From Bacteroidia bacterium (GTDB taxonomy: Bacteria; Bacteroidota; Bacteroidia; UBA4408), in the NCBI GenBank assembly GCA_043778625.1, contig JAYWFU010000147.1:31516-95515 (forward strand): a stretch of 64,000 bases of DNA. Reading direction: 5' to 3'. Position numbers and translations under genes: made by a program. Shown here in pieces: positions 47,124-56,771 of the stretch (positions are counted from its first letter, which is position 1; the number at the start of each line of letters is the position of its first letter). A model generated the notes under the pieces. That model was not told the DNA's origin and searched no databases. It saw only the letters and a list, made by a program, of their open reading frames with translations.

Positions 47124-47924
47124 TTGTTACGAACTATGAAAAAAATATTAAATATACTAATTGCCCTAGTGTTTACCGCTGTTTCAGCTAATGCGGCACA
47201 AATAATTATAGAAGGAAACTATCAAGGTAAAAACCTATACATATCCAATCCGTACGCTGGTTCGGGTGTTGGTTTTTGTGTGTACGAGGTGTATGTTAAT
47301 GATAAATTAACTACTGACGAGTGGAACTCAAGTGCGTTTGAGGTTGATTTTACTAATTTTTCGTTAAAAAGTGGAGATAAAGTTACTGTTAAAATAAAAC
47401 ATAAAGACGATTGCAAACCAAAGGTGTTAAATCCTGAAGTATTAAAACCAAAAAGTACATTTGAAATAGTATCAATGAAAGTTGAAAAAGACGGTACTTT
47501 AAATTGGAAAGCAAAAGGCGAAACTGGTAAATTAGGATACGTAGTAGAGCAATTTCGTTGGAATAAATGGATTAAAGTAACCGATGTACAAGGCAAAGGG
47601 CAAGAAGCACCAACTGATTATAGTGCTAAAGTTGTACCACACTCAGGTGAAAACAAATTTAGAGTAAAACAAGTTGATTTTAGTGGTAGTCCTCGTTATT
47701 CTGAGCCTGTAAAATTTCGTTCAATGAGTAAAGAAATTACATTTTCGCCTGTTAAACCTGACAAAGAAGTTACCTTTAGTGATGAAACAATGTTTGAAGT
47801 ATGGGATCAGTACGGTAATATTGTAAAAAAAGGAAGTGGAGCTAAGGTAGATGTTACTAGTTTACAAAAAGGAATTTACTACTTAAATTTTGATAATAAA
47901 ACGGATAAGTTTATAAAAAAATAA
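47124..47924 (+). CDS. hypothetical secreted protein
   Basis: Signal peptide; 266 aa. Confidence 0.5.
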   Translation: MLRTMKKILNILIALVFTAVSANAAQIIIEGNYQGKNLYISNPYAGSGVGFCVYEVYVNDKLTTDEWNSSAFEVDFTNFSLKSGDKVTVKIKHKDDCKPKVLNPEVLKPKSTFEIVSMKVEKDGTLNWKAKGETGKLGYVVEQFRWNKWIKVTDVQGKGQEAPTDYSAKVVPHSGENKFRVKQVDFSGSPRYSEPVKFRSMSKEITFSPVKPDKEVTFSDETMFEVWDQYGNIVKKGSGAKVDVTSLQKGIYYLNFDNKTDKFIKK

Positions 47925-47945
47925 TAGCATAACACAATTTACTAC

Positions 47946-47988
47946 AAAAAGGGAGCAAGCAAATGTGTTTGTTCCCTTTTTAAATTTT
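47946..47988 (+). terminator. rho-independent terminator hairpin (AAAAGGGA...TCCCTTTT + T-run)
   Basis: Imperfect stem then TTTTTAAATTTT. Confidence 0.45.
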
Positions 47989-48007
47989 AACACATCGCAC
48001 CTATTTT

Positions 48008-48910
48008 ATGTTTCCGTATTCATTACCCATAACTAACACACTGCACACTCCCTACGGTAGTATTAATAGCTTTGTAACCACAGCTGTAAATACTGACCAA
48101 GCTACAGTAGAATCGTTTGGCGATGAGTGGACAAAGTTTAATAGTTTTTCAGCTCAAGATATTGCTACTGCAGGCGCTGAGTATTTTGATATAGTTACTC
48201 CCGCTATGCTTAACACTAATAGTACTGTGCTTGATGTAGGTTGTGGTACTGGCCGCTGGAGTATGTACGTGGCTAACAGAGCCAAATTTATTGAGGCCGT
48301 TGACCCCAGTAGTGCTGTGGTAAGTGCGCAACAACTCACACAAGCTAAATGCACTAATGTTAGAATAACACAAGCCAGTGCCGATGCTATTCCGTTTGCT
48401 AACAACTCTTTTGACTTTGTGTTTAGCTTAGGTGTACTGCACCACATACCTAATACCCAGCAAGCTATTATTGATAGCGTGAGCAAGCTCAAGCCTAGCG
48501 GTTGGTTTTTGGTGTACTTGTATTATAATTTGGATAATAGAGGTGTGGGATATAAAATGGTGTTTTACGCATCAACTATTTTACGTTTAATTATTAATAA
48601 ATTACCCGCTACCATCAAGCTAATAGTGGCCGATTGTATAGCTGTTGCGGTGTACATGCCATTGGTGCTATTGGCACGAACACTTGTTAAAATAGGGTGG
48701 GAGAGTAGTGCTAAAAAAATGCCGTTGTATTATTATGTAGATAAAAATTTTCATATTATTAGAAACGATGCATTAGATAGATTTGGTACGCCTTTAGAAC
48801 AACGATTTTCCAAAAAGGAAATTGAAACTATGTTACGCAATGCAGGATTAAGCAACATTACATTTTCAACTAATCAACCTTACTGGCATGCTGTTGGTCA
48901 AAAAATATAA
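48008..48910 (+). CDS. class I SAM-dependent methyltransferase
   Basis: VLDVGCGTGRWS motif I. Confidence 0.75.
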   Translation: MFPYSLPITNTLHTPYGSINSFVTTAVNTDQATVESFGDEWTKFNSFSAQDIATAGAEYFDIVTPAMLNTNSTVLDVGCGTGRWSMYVANRAKFIEAVDPSSAVVSAQQLTQAKCTNVRITQASADAIPFANNSFDFVFSLGVLHHIPNTQQAIIDSVSKLKPSGWFLVYLYYNLDNRGVGYKMVFYASTILRLIINKLPATIKLIVADCIAVAVYMPLVLLARTLVKIGWESSAKKMPLYYYVDKNFHIIRNDALDRFGTPLEQRFSKKEIETMLRNAGLSNITFSTNQPYWHAVGQKI

Positions 48911-50040
48911 TGGAAAACATGGCAACTAACAAGCAATTATTGTTTTTGTGTCCGCACCCTATAAATACCGCGCCTGGGCAGCGATTGAAGTACGAGCAGT
49001 ATTTTGCACACATTGAAAACGCAGGCTACGCAATAACCGTATCGCCATTTATGACCATGCCCTTTTGGAATATTGTGTATAAGAAAGGCTACTTGTTCCA
49101 AAAAATTAGGTTGACATTATACGGATATTTTATGCGTATTAAAATACTATTTACTTTGCATAAATACGATGCCGTATACGTGTTTTTGTGGGCAACACCG
49201 TTTGGTTTCCCAATTATTGAATGGGCTATTTGCAAACTCAACAAAAACATTATTTATGATATTGACGATATGGTTTTTTTGGGGCACTCAAGTACCGCTA
49301 ATCGTTTTATAGAGCGATTTAAAGGCACCGATAAAATGATTTACTTAATGCAACAAGCCAAGCATGTAATAGTGTGTACGCCCAAGCTACACGAATTTGT
49401 AAAGCAATATAACGCTAACAGTACTGATATATCGTCCACTATAAATACTGATACGTACCAAATTGCAAACGAGTACACCAATCATAAACGGTTGGTGCTG
49501 GGCTGGAGTGGTAGCCATAGCACATCAAAATACTTGTTGTTGTTAGAACCTGTGCTACAAAAATTAAAACACGAATTTGATTTTGAAATTAGAGTAATAG
49601 GCGATGCTAACTTTAAATTTAACGAACTAGCCGCTAACGCTATTGCGTGGAACGCCAGTACTGAGGTAGCCGATTTACAACAAATTGATATTGGCCTGTA
49701 TCCATTACCTAACGAAGAGTGGGTGTATGGCAAAAGCGGCTTAAAAGCACTGCAATACATGGCATTGGGCATACCTACGGTTGCCACTGCTATTGGCGCT
49801 AATTACAGAGTTATTGAACACGAAAAAAGCGGTTATTTAGCAAGCTCCGAAACAGAATGGTATGCAGCATTAAAACAACTTATTGAAAACCCATCATTGC
49901 GCCAAACTATTGGCGCAACAGCCCGAGAGCGGGTAGTGCAACACTATTCAATAACAGCTAATAAGCAAACTTATATTGATATAATAACTAAGGTGGTAGC
50001 TACCTATTTTTTAATTTGTATTGTTATCAATTGCACTTAA
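48910..50040 (+). CDS. glycosyltransferase family 1/4 (GT-B)
   Basis: C-terminal GT-B region GIPTVATAIGANYRVIEHEKSGYL. Confidence 0.75.
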   Translation: MENMATNKQLLFLCPHPINTAPGQRLKYEQYFAHIENAGYAITVSPFMTMPFWNIVYKKGYLFQKIRLTLYGYFMRIKILFTLHKYDAVYVFLWATPFGFPIIEWAICKLNKNIIYDIDDMVFLGHSSTANRFIERFKGTDKMIYLMQQAKHVIVCTPKLHEFVKQYNANSTDISSTINTDTYQIANEYTNHKRLVLGWSGSHSTSKYLLLLEPVLQKLKHEFDFEIRVIGDANFKFNELAANAIAWNASTEVADLQQIDIGLYPLPNEEWVYGKSGLKALQYMALGIPTVATAIGANYRVIEHEKSGYLASSETEWYAALKQLIENPSLRQTIGATARERVVQHYSITANKQTYIDIITKVVATYFLICIVINCT

Positions 50041-50757
50041 ATACTTGTTATATAATTCAACAAATATTTTATCAATTAAAATTAGAATACTGAAATAAAT
50101 AAAATAGTTGTCGTATTTATAATTAGGATTTGCTAGTGTATTTAATGTGGGTAAGTTTTGTTGATAAGATAGAGTATTATGAGCAATTCGGTTTCGATGA
50201 TTGTATAATAGTTTATGTTTTTTTTGTAAATTATCTCCAAATAAATTTATACTGTCATGCTTCCCTTTCACGAAAATATCACTTGGAGTTATTTTCATTT
50301 CTATAAAAGTATTAAAATTCTCCTGATCCCAAATTGATAAATTTGTAGCCGCAAAATTATTCTTCACAAAATCAATTGTATTTTCTAACATATTTGTTAA
50401 ATCAATTTCTAATTTAAAATCAAATGTTGAATTGTGTTCTATTACTTGCTTTAGTAGTTGGAGGAAGACTTTGTTTTTATCTGTGTAAGATGAGCATTCT
50501 CCTAATTTTGCTTCATTTGCTAATAAAGTACGTCTATAATCAAAATCATTTGTTGCTATTTCCCAAACAATACACTTTAATTTTTGTTCCTGAAACCCTG
50601 TCATTTTTAAAAAAACTGATGGCATCAAATAATCACGCAAAGAAAATGTTTCAATGCCATTTCCAATTCCGGCACTTGCATGTACCACCTCTTCTAATAT
50701 ATGAGTAATAGATGATTCAATAAACTTTTTATGAACGCTATGATACATCGTTGTCAA
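50011..50757 (-). CDS. HEPN-domain nuclease, MAE_28990/MAE_18760-like family
   Basis: R-x4-H motif in NHRNRIAHN; ~250 aa all-alpha composition; overlaps upstream DUF262 gene by 20 nt. Confidence 0.6.
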   Translation of the reverse strand: MTTMYHSVHKKFIESSITHILEEVVHASAGIGNGIETFSLRDYLMPSVFLKMTGFQEQKLKCIVWEIATNDFDYRRTLLANEAKLGECSSYTDKNKVFLQLLKQVIEHNSTFDFKLEIDLTNMLENTIDFVKNNFAATNLSIWDQENFNTFIEMKITPSDIFVKGKHDSINLFGDNLQKKHKLLYNHRNRIAHNTLSYQQNLPTLNTLANPNYKYDNYFIYFSILILIDKIFVELYNKYLSAIDNNTN

Positions 50758-51937
50758 TTTTCACATACTTATCCATTATTTTGATTGATTTATCAATACG
50801 TTCCCGTAAATACTTTAATGTACTTGGAGACTTTGCATGTAGCTTATCATTTTTAAATACAGTAGTTTCTCTGTTTATATTTGGTTGTAATTCTACCAAC
50901 CTTGCAATATCTATGCTTTTATTTTCAAAAATTACTGCGTAAATCAAACCAAAAAGCATCATGTCTAAGTCAATAATTGAATCAAACTGTTTTGTAAGAA
51001 ACACATCTTCTATTGCTTTCTGTAACAATTCACATTTAGCTTTGAATTCTTTCTGGGGAAAAACAGTTTCGAAATCAACAAATAATCCACAACTCTCATC
51101 ACCTGTAACGGAACAAATATATTTTTCGTAATAGCTTTCCATTCTAGACTTAAAGCCAATTCCTATTTGAGCTGTATTTGAGTCTTTTTTATATTGCGAC
51201 AATAAAGACATATACCTTACGAAGTCGGCACAACCTACATTGTTAACAATTAGTTTTTCGAAAAAATCAGGCGCGAAATAATTAGCTAAACTTTCGTCAG
51301 AGTAATAGAGAGACGCTCTTTTTTCTTGCGCTGATAAAGATTTACCTTCATTATTTATACTCCTAAAAACTGTAGAATAATACTTTTGTTGTTCCTTTTT
51401 ATCTTCACTATGAGGTACTACATAAGAAAAACCTAAAAAAGTATTGCTAAAAAAATCATCCTTTATACCAAGATTCATTATTTTATAATTAGCCTTTTCA
51501 ATGTTTTCAATGCTTTGAATAATTTGATCTTTATTTTTACCAATTTTTGTTAACTCGTCAAATCGCCACACTAAAGCATTATCTTCATCTTCATTTTCAC
51601 TATCATTTTCATCCGCAATTTTTACTGTCTTGTCTTTGTACTTACTGGTATTAGGGAAATAACCTACGTATGCTAGTAAAATACTTGTTAGTCGTTGCTG
51701 TCCATCAAGAATTAAATTAGTTTTAACATCACCACTTTTAACATCACTACTTTTAAATGCACCTATTGTAATTGGCGGAACAAATTGATTGTTTTTTAAT
51801 GCATCGATTAGTGTTTTAACCTTTTTATCATCCCAAACAAAACGCCTTTGATATGCTGGAAGAGTAATGTTTTTTTTGAGAATTAATTCAATCCAATGCA
51901 TGAGCGAATACTGCCCATAATATACTCGGTTTTCCAT
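50738..51937 (-). CDS. DUF262 (ParB-like nuclease / GmrSD N-terminal) domain protein
   Basis: Hallmark LDGQQRLTS motif and N-terminal ...QRRFVWD...; 399 aa; no DUF1524/HNH C-terminal nuclease. Confidence 0.8.
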   Translation of the reverse strand: MENRVYYGQYSLMHWIELILKKNITLPAYQRRFVWDDKKVKTLIDALKNNQFVPPITIGAFKSSDVKSGDVKTNLILDGQQRLTSILLAYVGYFPNTSKYKDKTVKIADENDSENEDEDNALVWRFDELTKIGKNKDQIIQSIENIEKANYKIMNLGIKDDFFSNTFLGFSYVVPHSEDKKEQQKYYSTVFRSINNEGKSLSAQEKRASLYYSDESLANYFAPDFFEKLIVNNVGCADFVRYMSLLSQYKKDSNTAQIGIGFKSRMESYYEKYICSVTGDESCGLFVDFETVFPQKEFKAKCELLQKAIEDVFLTKQFDSIIDLDMMLFGLIYAVIFENKSIDIARLVELQPNINRETTVFKNDKLHAKSPSTLKYLRERIDKSIKIMDKYVKIDNDVS

Positions 51938-51987
51938 AACTGTATTTTTACTGTTGTATTTTTACTTGAATGCAAGTGGTATAAGAG

Positions 51988-54105
51988 TTACTCCACTATT
52001 AATTTCTTCACTACTTTAGTACCATTAGCAGTAAGTTCAATTAAATAAAAACCGCTAGCTAATGCACTGGTATTTATATCATAATTATGCTCGCCTAGTG
52101 CTAGGTTATCATTGGCTACTATTTGTACCGTTTGCCCACAAGTATTGGTAATAATTATATTTACATTGCTAGGGTCTGCTAATACAAAACTAATAGTAGC
52201 TAACCCCGCTGATGGATTAGGCTGTACCTGCACACTCTGTTGCGCCATTGCCACATTAGCTAACCCATTGGCCGTTAAATTAGTAGTAAGCTGTATATCA
52301 TCAATATACAAGTTATTACCTCCAGCTTCAGTAAATACATATTTTAATACTACATTATTATTACCGTAAGCGGTTGATAAATTATTAAGCGTTACTAATT
52401 TCCACTCTGTAGCATCGCCTTTTACTGGCACATAATTACCAAATGTAAAGTTACCTGCTATTGGGCTTAAATCGTTAGTGGGGTTAGTAGTGTTGGCGGT
52501 GCGTGCATAACGTGGAGTACCAACAAAACCTAGGTTACAGTTAGTTTGCATGTATAATTCTAATTTATCTTTATCAGTAGATGTCATTGGTGCGTAGGCA
52601 TATCTAAATGATAATGTAGCTGAGGTTACCCCTGTAAAATCAAGTGGCGGAAAATATACTTCGTCCACCCCTCCGTTGGCATTCGCACTGTTATTAATAA
52701 CTAACGCATTATTACCCGTAAAACTTGTAGCATTGGTGGTTTTAAAATACTTATTGTCGTTATTATTATTTAGTGTAATCCAGTTTTGAACAAATGTGGT
52801 ATTGTTTTCAAATCCTTCGTTGAAGTTAGCTACAGGCATCGCTGCAACGGCACTTAATATGTGCACAATACCTGTTTTGGTAATAGTATTATTACCAGCA
52901 GCGTTGCCTACGGTTAGCGTTACGCTATAAGTGCCAGGTGTGGTATAACTAACTTGCTCAGTTGAGTTGGTTGATGTGGCGGGTGTTCCGCCTTGAAACG
53001 TCCAGTTATAATAACTAGGTACTGCATTACTTGAAATATCAGTAAACGTAATAGGTACATTTACGCACGCTACGTTTTTGGTTTGTTTAAAATCGGCAAC
53101 AGGTGCGCATAGTGTTGGCGTGGTAACCCCTGTAACAGCTAAGTTAGCGGAGCTCCATAAATTATTACGCCCCGAAGTACTTGACTGTAAGGCAGCTTGC
53201 ATACGTTGCGCTTGGCCATGAGTAAACATTTTTTCGCAGTAGGAATAATCCATAAAATTTTGAAAATTTTCATCAACTCCTGTACTACATAATTGGTAAG
53301 TACTGGGATCATTTAAGTTAGGGCAACTTAAATATCCTTTTGATGTTGGAGTATCATATACAAAATCATCGTTGTTACAATCAACACCACATGAGTTCCA
53401 GCCAAAAGTGTGATTTAAATCGAGCCAATGCCCAACTTCATGCGTAAGCACACGTGAACTAAACGGATTTGAAGTGCCTATTGAACCAATGTAAGTGTGT
53501 AGTACCACTATTGCATCGGCGGCATCGCCAGTGTTCCAGGTACCTGGTAGCCAAGTATAGCCTGCTGCATTAAAACCGTTACTTAGTTTAATTGATTTAA
53601 CTACATACACGTTCATATACTTAGTTGGGTTCCATGTTTTGTCATATAGTGTTGCCGATTGATCGTCCCAATTACTATTAGCATCATAATAATGCACAAT
53701 ACCATTGGTACAGTTACCATTGGGGTCTTTAGTGGCTAATTCAAACCTAATGTTAGTTGAGTCCGCAATGGTTTTAAACGAAGGAATAATATCAACTGTA
53801 TCCGCATTTTGTTTGGCGTAGTCAATATTCATAACACGCATTTGGTCAATTACTTGTGCGTCCGAAATGTTTTCAGTTCCTCCTAAGTGCAAAATATGAA
53901 ACACCACAGGTATAGTGTAATTGCCCACATGCTTGGCATTAACGGTACGTAAGGCTTTGTTTTTATTTTCCATCTTTGCTTTTAATGCAGGATTGGCAGC
54001 AAACAGTTCGCGCATTTTAACGTCGGATGCACAGCGTAATTCGTTTTGTGCAAAGGCAGTAACTATTAATGATAGTGCGGTGGCTAGGGATATTATTTTT
54101 TTCAT
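51988..54105 (-). CDS. secreted M43 (cytophagalysin/pappalysin-like) zinc metalloprotease with T9SS C-terminal sorting domain
   Basis: HEVGHWLDLNHTF (HExxHxxGxxH-type); signal peptide; C-terminal beta-sandwich ending ...GTKVVKKLIVE. Confidence 0.75.
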   Translation of the reverse strand: MKKIISLATALSLIVTAFAQNELRCASDVKMRELFAANPALKAKMENKNKALRTVNAKHVGNYTIPVVFHILHLGGTENISDAQVIDQMRVMNIDYAKQNADTVDIIPSFKTIADSTNIRFELATKDPNGNCTNGIVHYYDANSNWDDQSATLYDKTWNPTKYMNVYVVKSIKLSNGFNAAGYTWLPGTWNTGDAADAIVVLHTYIGSIGTSNPFSSRVLTHEVGHWLDLNHTFGWNSCGVDCNNDDFVYDTPTSKGYLSCPNLNDPSTYQLCSTGVDENFQNFMDYSYCEKMFTHGQAQRMQAALQSSTSGRNNLWSSANLAVTGVTTPTLCAPVADFKQTKNVACVNVPITFTDISSNAVPSYYNWTFQGGTPATSTNSTEQVSYTTPGTYSVTLTVGNAAGNNTITKTGIVHILSAVAAMPVANFNEGFENNTTFVQNWITLNNNNDNKYFKTTNATSFTGNNALVINNSANANGGVDEVYFPPLDFTGVTSATLSFRYAYAPMTSTDKDKLELYMQTNCNLGFVGTPRYARTANTTNPTNDLSPIAGNFTFGNYVPVKGDATEWKLVTLNNLSTAYGNNNVVLKYVFTEAGGNNLYIDDIQLTTNLTANGLANVAMAQQSVQVQPNPSAGLATISFVLADPSNVNIIITNTCGQTVQIVANDNLALGEHNYDINTSALASGFYLIELTANGTKVVKKLIVE

Positions 54106-54239
54106 AGTTGTAAATATTAATTTATATAATTTAAAGATATTAAATAATTAACATCAAAATGTATTTTTTCAACGTAAATGCTTTTGTAGCTCGTTATACC
54201 ACGTTTAATTACAAGTTATTTTTACGTAAGTTTACAATT

Positions 54240-54611
54240 ATGAAAAAAGCAATTACCACCATTGTATTACTTGTTTGTTCCAATGCCTTTATGACTTTTG
54301 CGTGGTATGGGCATTTAAAATTTAAACAAATGAATTGGTTTAATAACATAGGCTTAGTGGGCATTATAGTCATTAGTTGGGGTATTGCATTGTTAGAATA
54401 CGCGTTTCAGGTGCCAGCCAACAAAATAGGTTATATTGATAACGGAGGCCCGTTTAACCTTTGGCAATTAAAAGTAATACAGGAGGTAATAACATTAGTA
54501 ATGTTTACACTATTTACGATAACTTTTTTTAAAAACGAAACGCTAAAAACTAATCACTTTATTGGCTTTGGATTTTTGATATTGGCAGTTTATTTCATTT
54601 TTAAAAAATAA
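54240..54611 (+). CDS. small DMT-superfamily-like membrane protein (DUF486-like)
   Basis: Four hydrophobic helices; start MKKAITT at 54240 preferred over ORF-track 54159. Confidence 0.5.
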   Translation: MKKAITTIVLLVCSNAFMTFAWYGHLKFKQMNWFNNIGLVGIIVISWGIALLEYAFQVPANKIGYIDNGGPFNLWQLKVIQEVITLVMFTLFTITFFKNETLKTNHFIGFGFLILAVYFIFKK

Positions 54612-54612
54612 A

Positions 54613-55362
54613 ATGTGTAATTTTAATTTCAAAATGAAATTCACGGCATCGTCTTATTTAATAACTACTACCGCAAACCAAGCCATACTTGTTGTAAGCT
54701 GTTGTATACTATTGATAATTGCCTGTAAAAAAACTACCCCTTTAATAACACCTCCTACTTACTACAACTACCAACGTAATGATGTGGGCTACATAGCTAC
54801 TTATGCTGTGGATTCAACCGTGTACGATGATTTTACTAAAACAACTATTAAGTACCGTTACTATATTAAACTATACAACCAAAGCACTTACACCACGGTA
54901 GATACTTTTGCTATTACGCAACAATTGGTATACAAAAGCAACTACGCTAACGATTCGTTTATGTTTATTAGCGTGCGAGGTAGCCAATATCGCAACAACA
55001 AAACTATTGAACTTAACAACAACGTTAAAAGGATACTACTTAACTATCCGTTAATAAAAAACAAGGTATGGAATATTAATGCCGAAAATAATTTAGTCCT
55101 AAAAAATGTAACCGTAACGGCCATTGATAATAGTTACACCTACAACAATACTAGCTACGCTGATGTACGCGAAATTACGTACGAAAACGATTCTAATTTA
55201 ATAACTAAAAATGTAGAATTATATCAATACGCACCTAGCGTAGGGCTAGTGCATAGGCAAGTTACGCATTTACAATCGCAAACCATTAAGCCTAATATTT
55301 CAATATCATTAAGAGCTACTAGTGGCTATAGCGTTAGTTATAACTTGCTAAATCATAATTAG
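54613..55362 (+). CDS. hypothetical lipoprotein
   Basis: LLIIACKK lipobox; Y/T/N-rich. Confidence 0.45.
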   Translation: MCNFNFKMKFTASSYLITTTANQAILVVSCCILLIIACKKTTPLITPPTYYNYQRNDVGYIATYAVDSTVYDDFTKTTIKYRYYIKLYNQSTYTTVDTFAITQQLVYKSNYANDSFMFISVRGSQYRNNKTIELNNNVKRILLNYPLIKNKVWNINAENNLVLKNVTVTAIDNSYTYNNTSYADVREITYENDSNLITKNVELYQYAPSVGLVHRQVTHLQSQTIKPNISISLRATSGYSVSYNLLNHN

Positions 55363-55462
55363 AGAGTGATGGTTTATACACACAAAGAATAGCACAAAAT
55401 AACATAGTACAACTACACACAATTTTTATACTTTTGTTTAAAATAGTAAATTAAAAATTCTT

Positions 55463-56701
55463 ATGCCAATAATTGATTTAAAAGTTCCAAGTCCAGGAGA
55501 ATCTATTACAGAAGTAGTAATAGCAAAATGGTTAGTAAAAAACGGAGATTATGTACAGAAAGACCAAGAGCTAGCCGAAGTAGATTCTGACAAAGCAACA
55601 CTTACATTAAATGCCGAACATGCGGGAGCGGTACAACTTATTGCTGCAGAGGGCGATACTGTAAAAGTAGGCGATGTGGCCTGCAAAGTAAACACTGATG
55701 CTGTAGCACCCGCCGTTATTACTGCCCCAGTGGCCGAGGCTAAAGTGGTAGCAACTATGCCAACACCTGTGGCACAAGCAATGCCAGTAACCACTACCTA
55801 TGCTAATGGTACACCAAGCCCAACAGCAGCCAAAACAATGGCCGAAAATAATATTGTCGCTAACAAAATTACAGGCACTGGCAAAGACGGACGCATTACC
55901 AACCAAGATGTACTAGCTGCTATGGCTAAAGGCTTTAGCACACAAGATACAGCAAGTAACTGGGCAGGCGAACGCAATGTGGAACGTGTAAAAATGACTC
56001 CCTTACGCAAAAAATTAGCACAACGTTTAGTAAGCGTTAAGCAGGAAACCGCTATGCTTACTACCTTTAACGAAATTGATATGAGCGCAATAATGGAATT
56101 GCGTAACAAGTACAAAGATAAATTTAAAGAAAAACATGGCACTAACTTAGGCTTTATGAGTTTCTTTACTAAGGCCGTAACCGAGGCACTAGGATTGTTT
56201 CCAGCAGTTAATGCAATGATTGATGGCGAAGAAATTGTGTACCACCGCTATGCTGATATTGGTATAGCAGTAAGTGCGCCCAAAGGCTTAGTAGTGCCCG
56301 TATTACGCAATGCCGAAATGATGAGCCTTGCAGGCATTGAAACAGGGATTAAAAACTTGGCATTAAAAGCCCGCGATAATAAAATTACGGTAGATGATAT
56401 GACGGGTGGTACATTTACCATTACCAACGGTGGAGTATTTGGTTCGTTAATGAGTACACCAATTATTAACCCGCCACAAGTAGCTATATTAGGTATGCAC
56501 AACATTGTGGAGCGACCAATAGCAGTTAATGGCGAGGTTAAAATTAGACCAATGATGTACGTAGCACTAAGCTACGACCATAGAGTTATTGACGGGCGAG
56601 AGTCAGTAGGTTTTTTGGTTAAGGTAAAAGAAATGTGCGAGAACCCAATTAAACTATTATTTAGTGCTAAAGACCCTCAAGAGGTTTTATTAGGCTTATA
56701 A
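55463..56701 (+). CDS. sucB: dihydrolipoyllysine-residue succinyltransferase (2-oxoglutarate dehydrogenase E2)
   Basis: N-terminal lipoyl domain (VDSDKATL), A/P-rich linker, E3-binding segment, catalytic [11 protein letters not shown]. Confidence 0.85.
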   Translation: MPIIDLKVPSPGESITEVVIAKWLVKNGDYVQKDQELAEVDSDKATLTLNAEHAGAVQLIAAEGDTVKVGDVACKVNTDAVAPAVITAPVAEAKVVATMPTPVAQAMPVTTTYANGTPSPTAAKTMAENNIVANKITGTGKDGRITNQDVLAAMAKGFSTQDTASNWAGERNVERVKMTPLRKKLAQRLVSVKQETAMLTTFNEIDMSAIMELRNKYKDKFKEKHGTNLGFMSFFTKAVTEALGLFPAVNAMIDGEEIVYHRYADIGIAVSAPKGLVVPVLRNAEMMSLAGIETGIKNLALKARDNKITVDDMTGGTFTITNGGVFGSLMSTPIINPPQVAILGMHNIVERPIAVNGEVKIRPMMYVALSYDHRVIDGRESVGFLVKVKEMCENPIKLLFSAKDPQEVLLGL

Positions 56702-56771
56702 TTACTAAATTAACAACTATACCAAACCTGCAACAGCACAATGCTGTTGCAGGTTTTTAGTTTAACAAGTA

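Noticed and set aside
54159-54239. 27-aa N-terminal extension of the small DMT-like membrane protein
   Set aside because: Hydrophilic or odd extension before an MKK-type start followed directly by the first TM helix; the shorter start is more plausible
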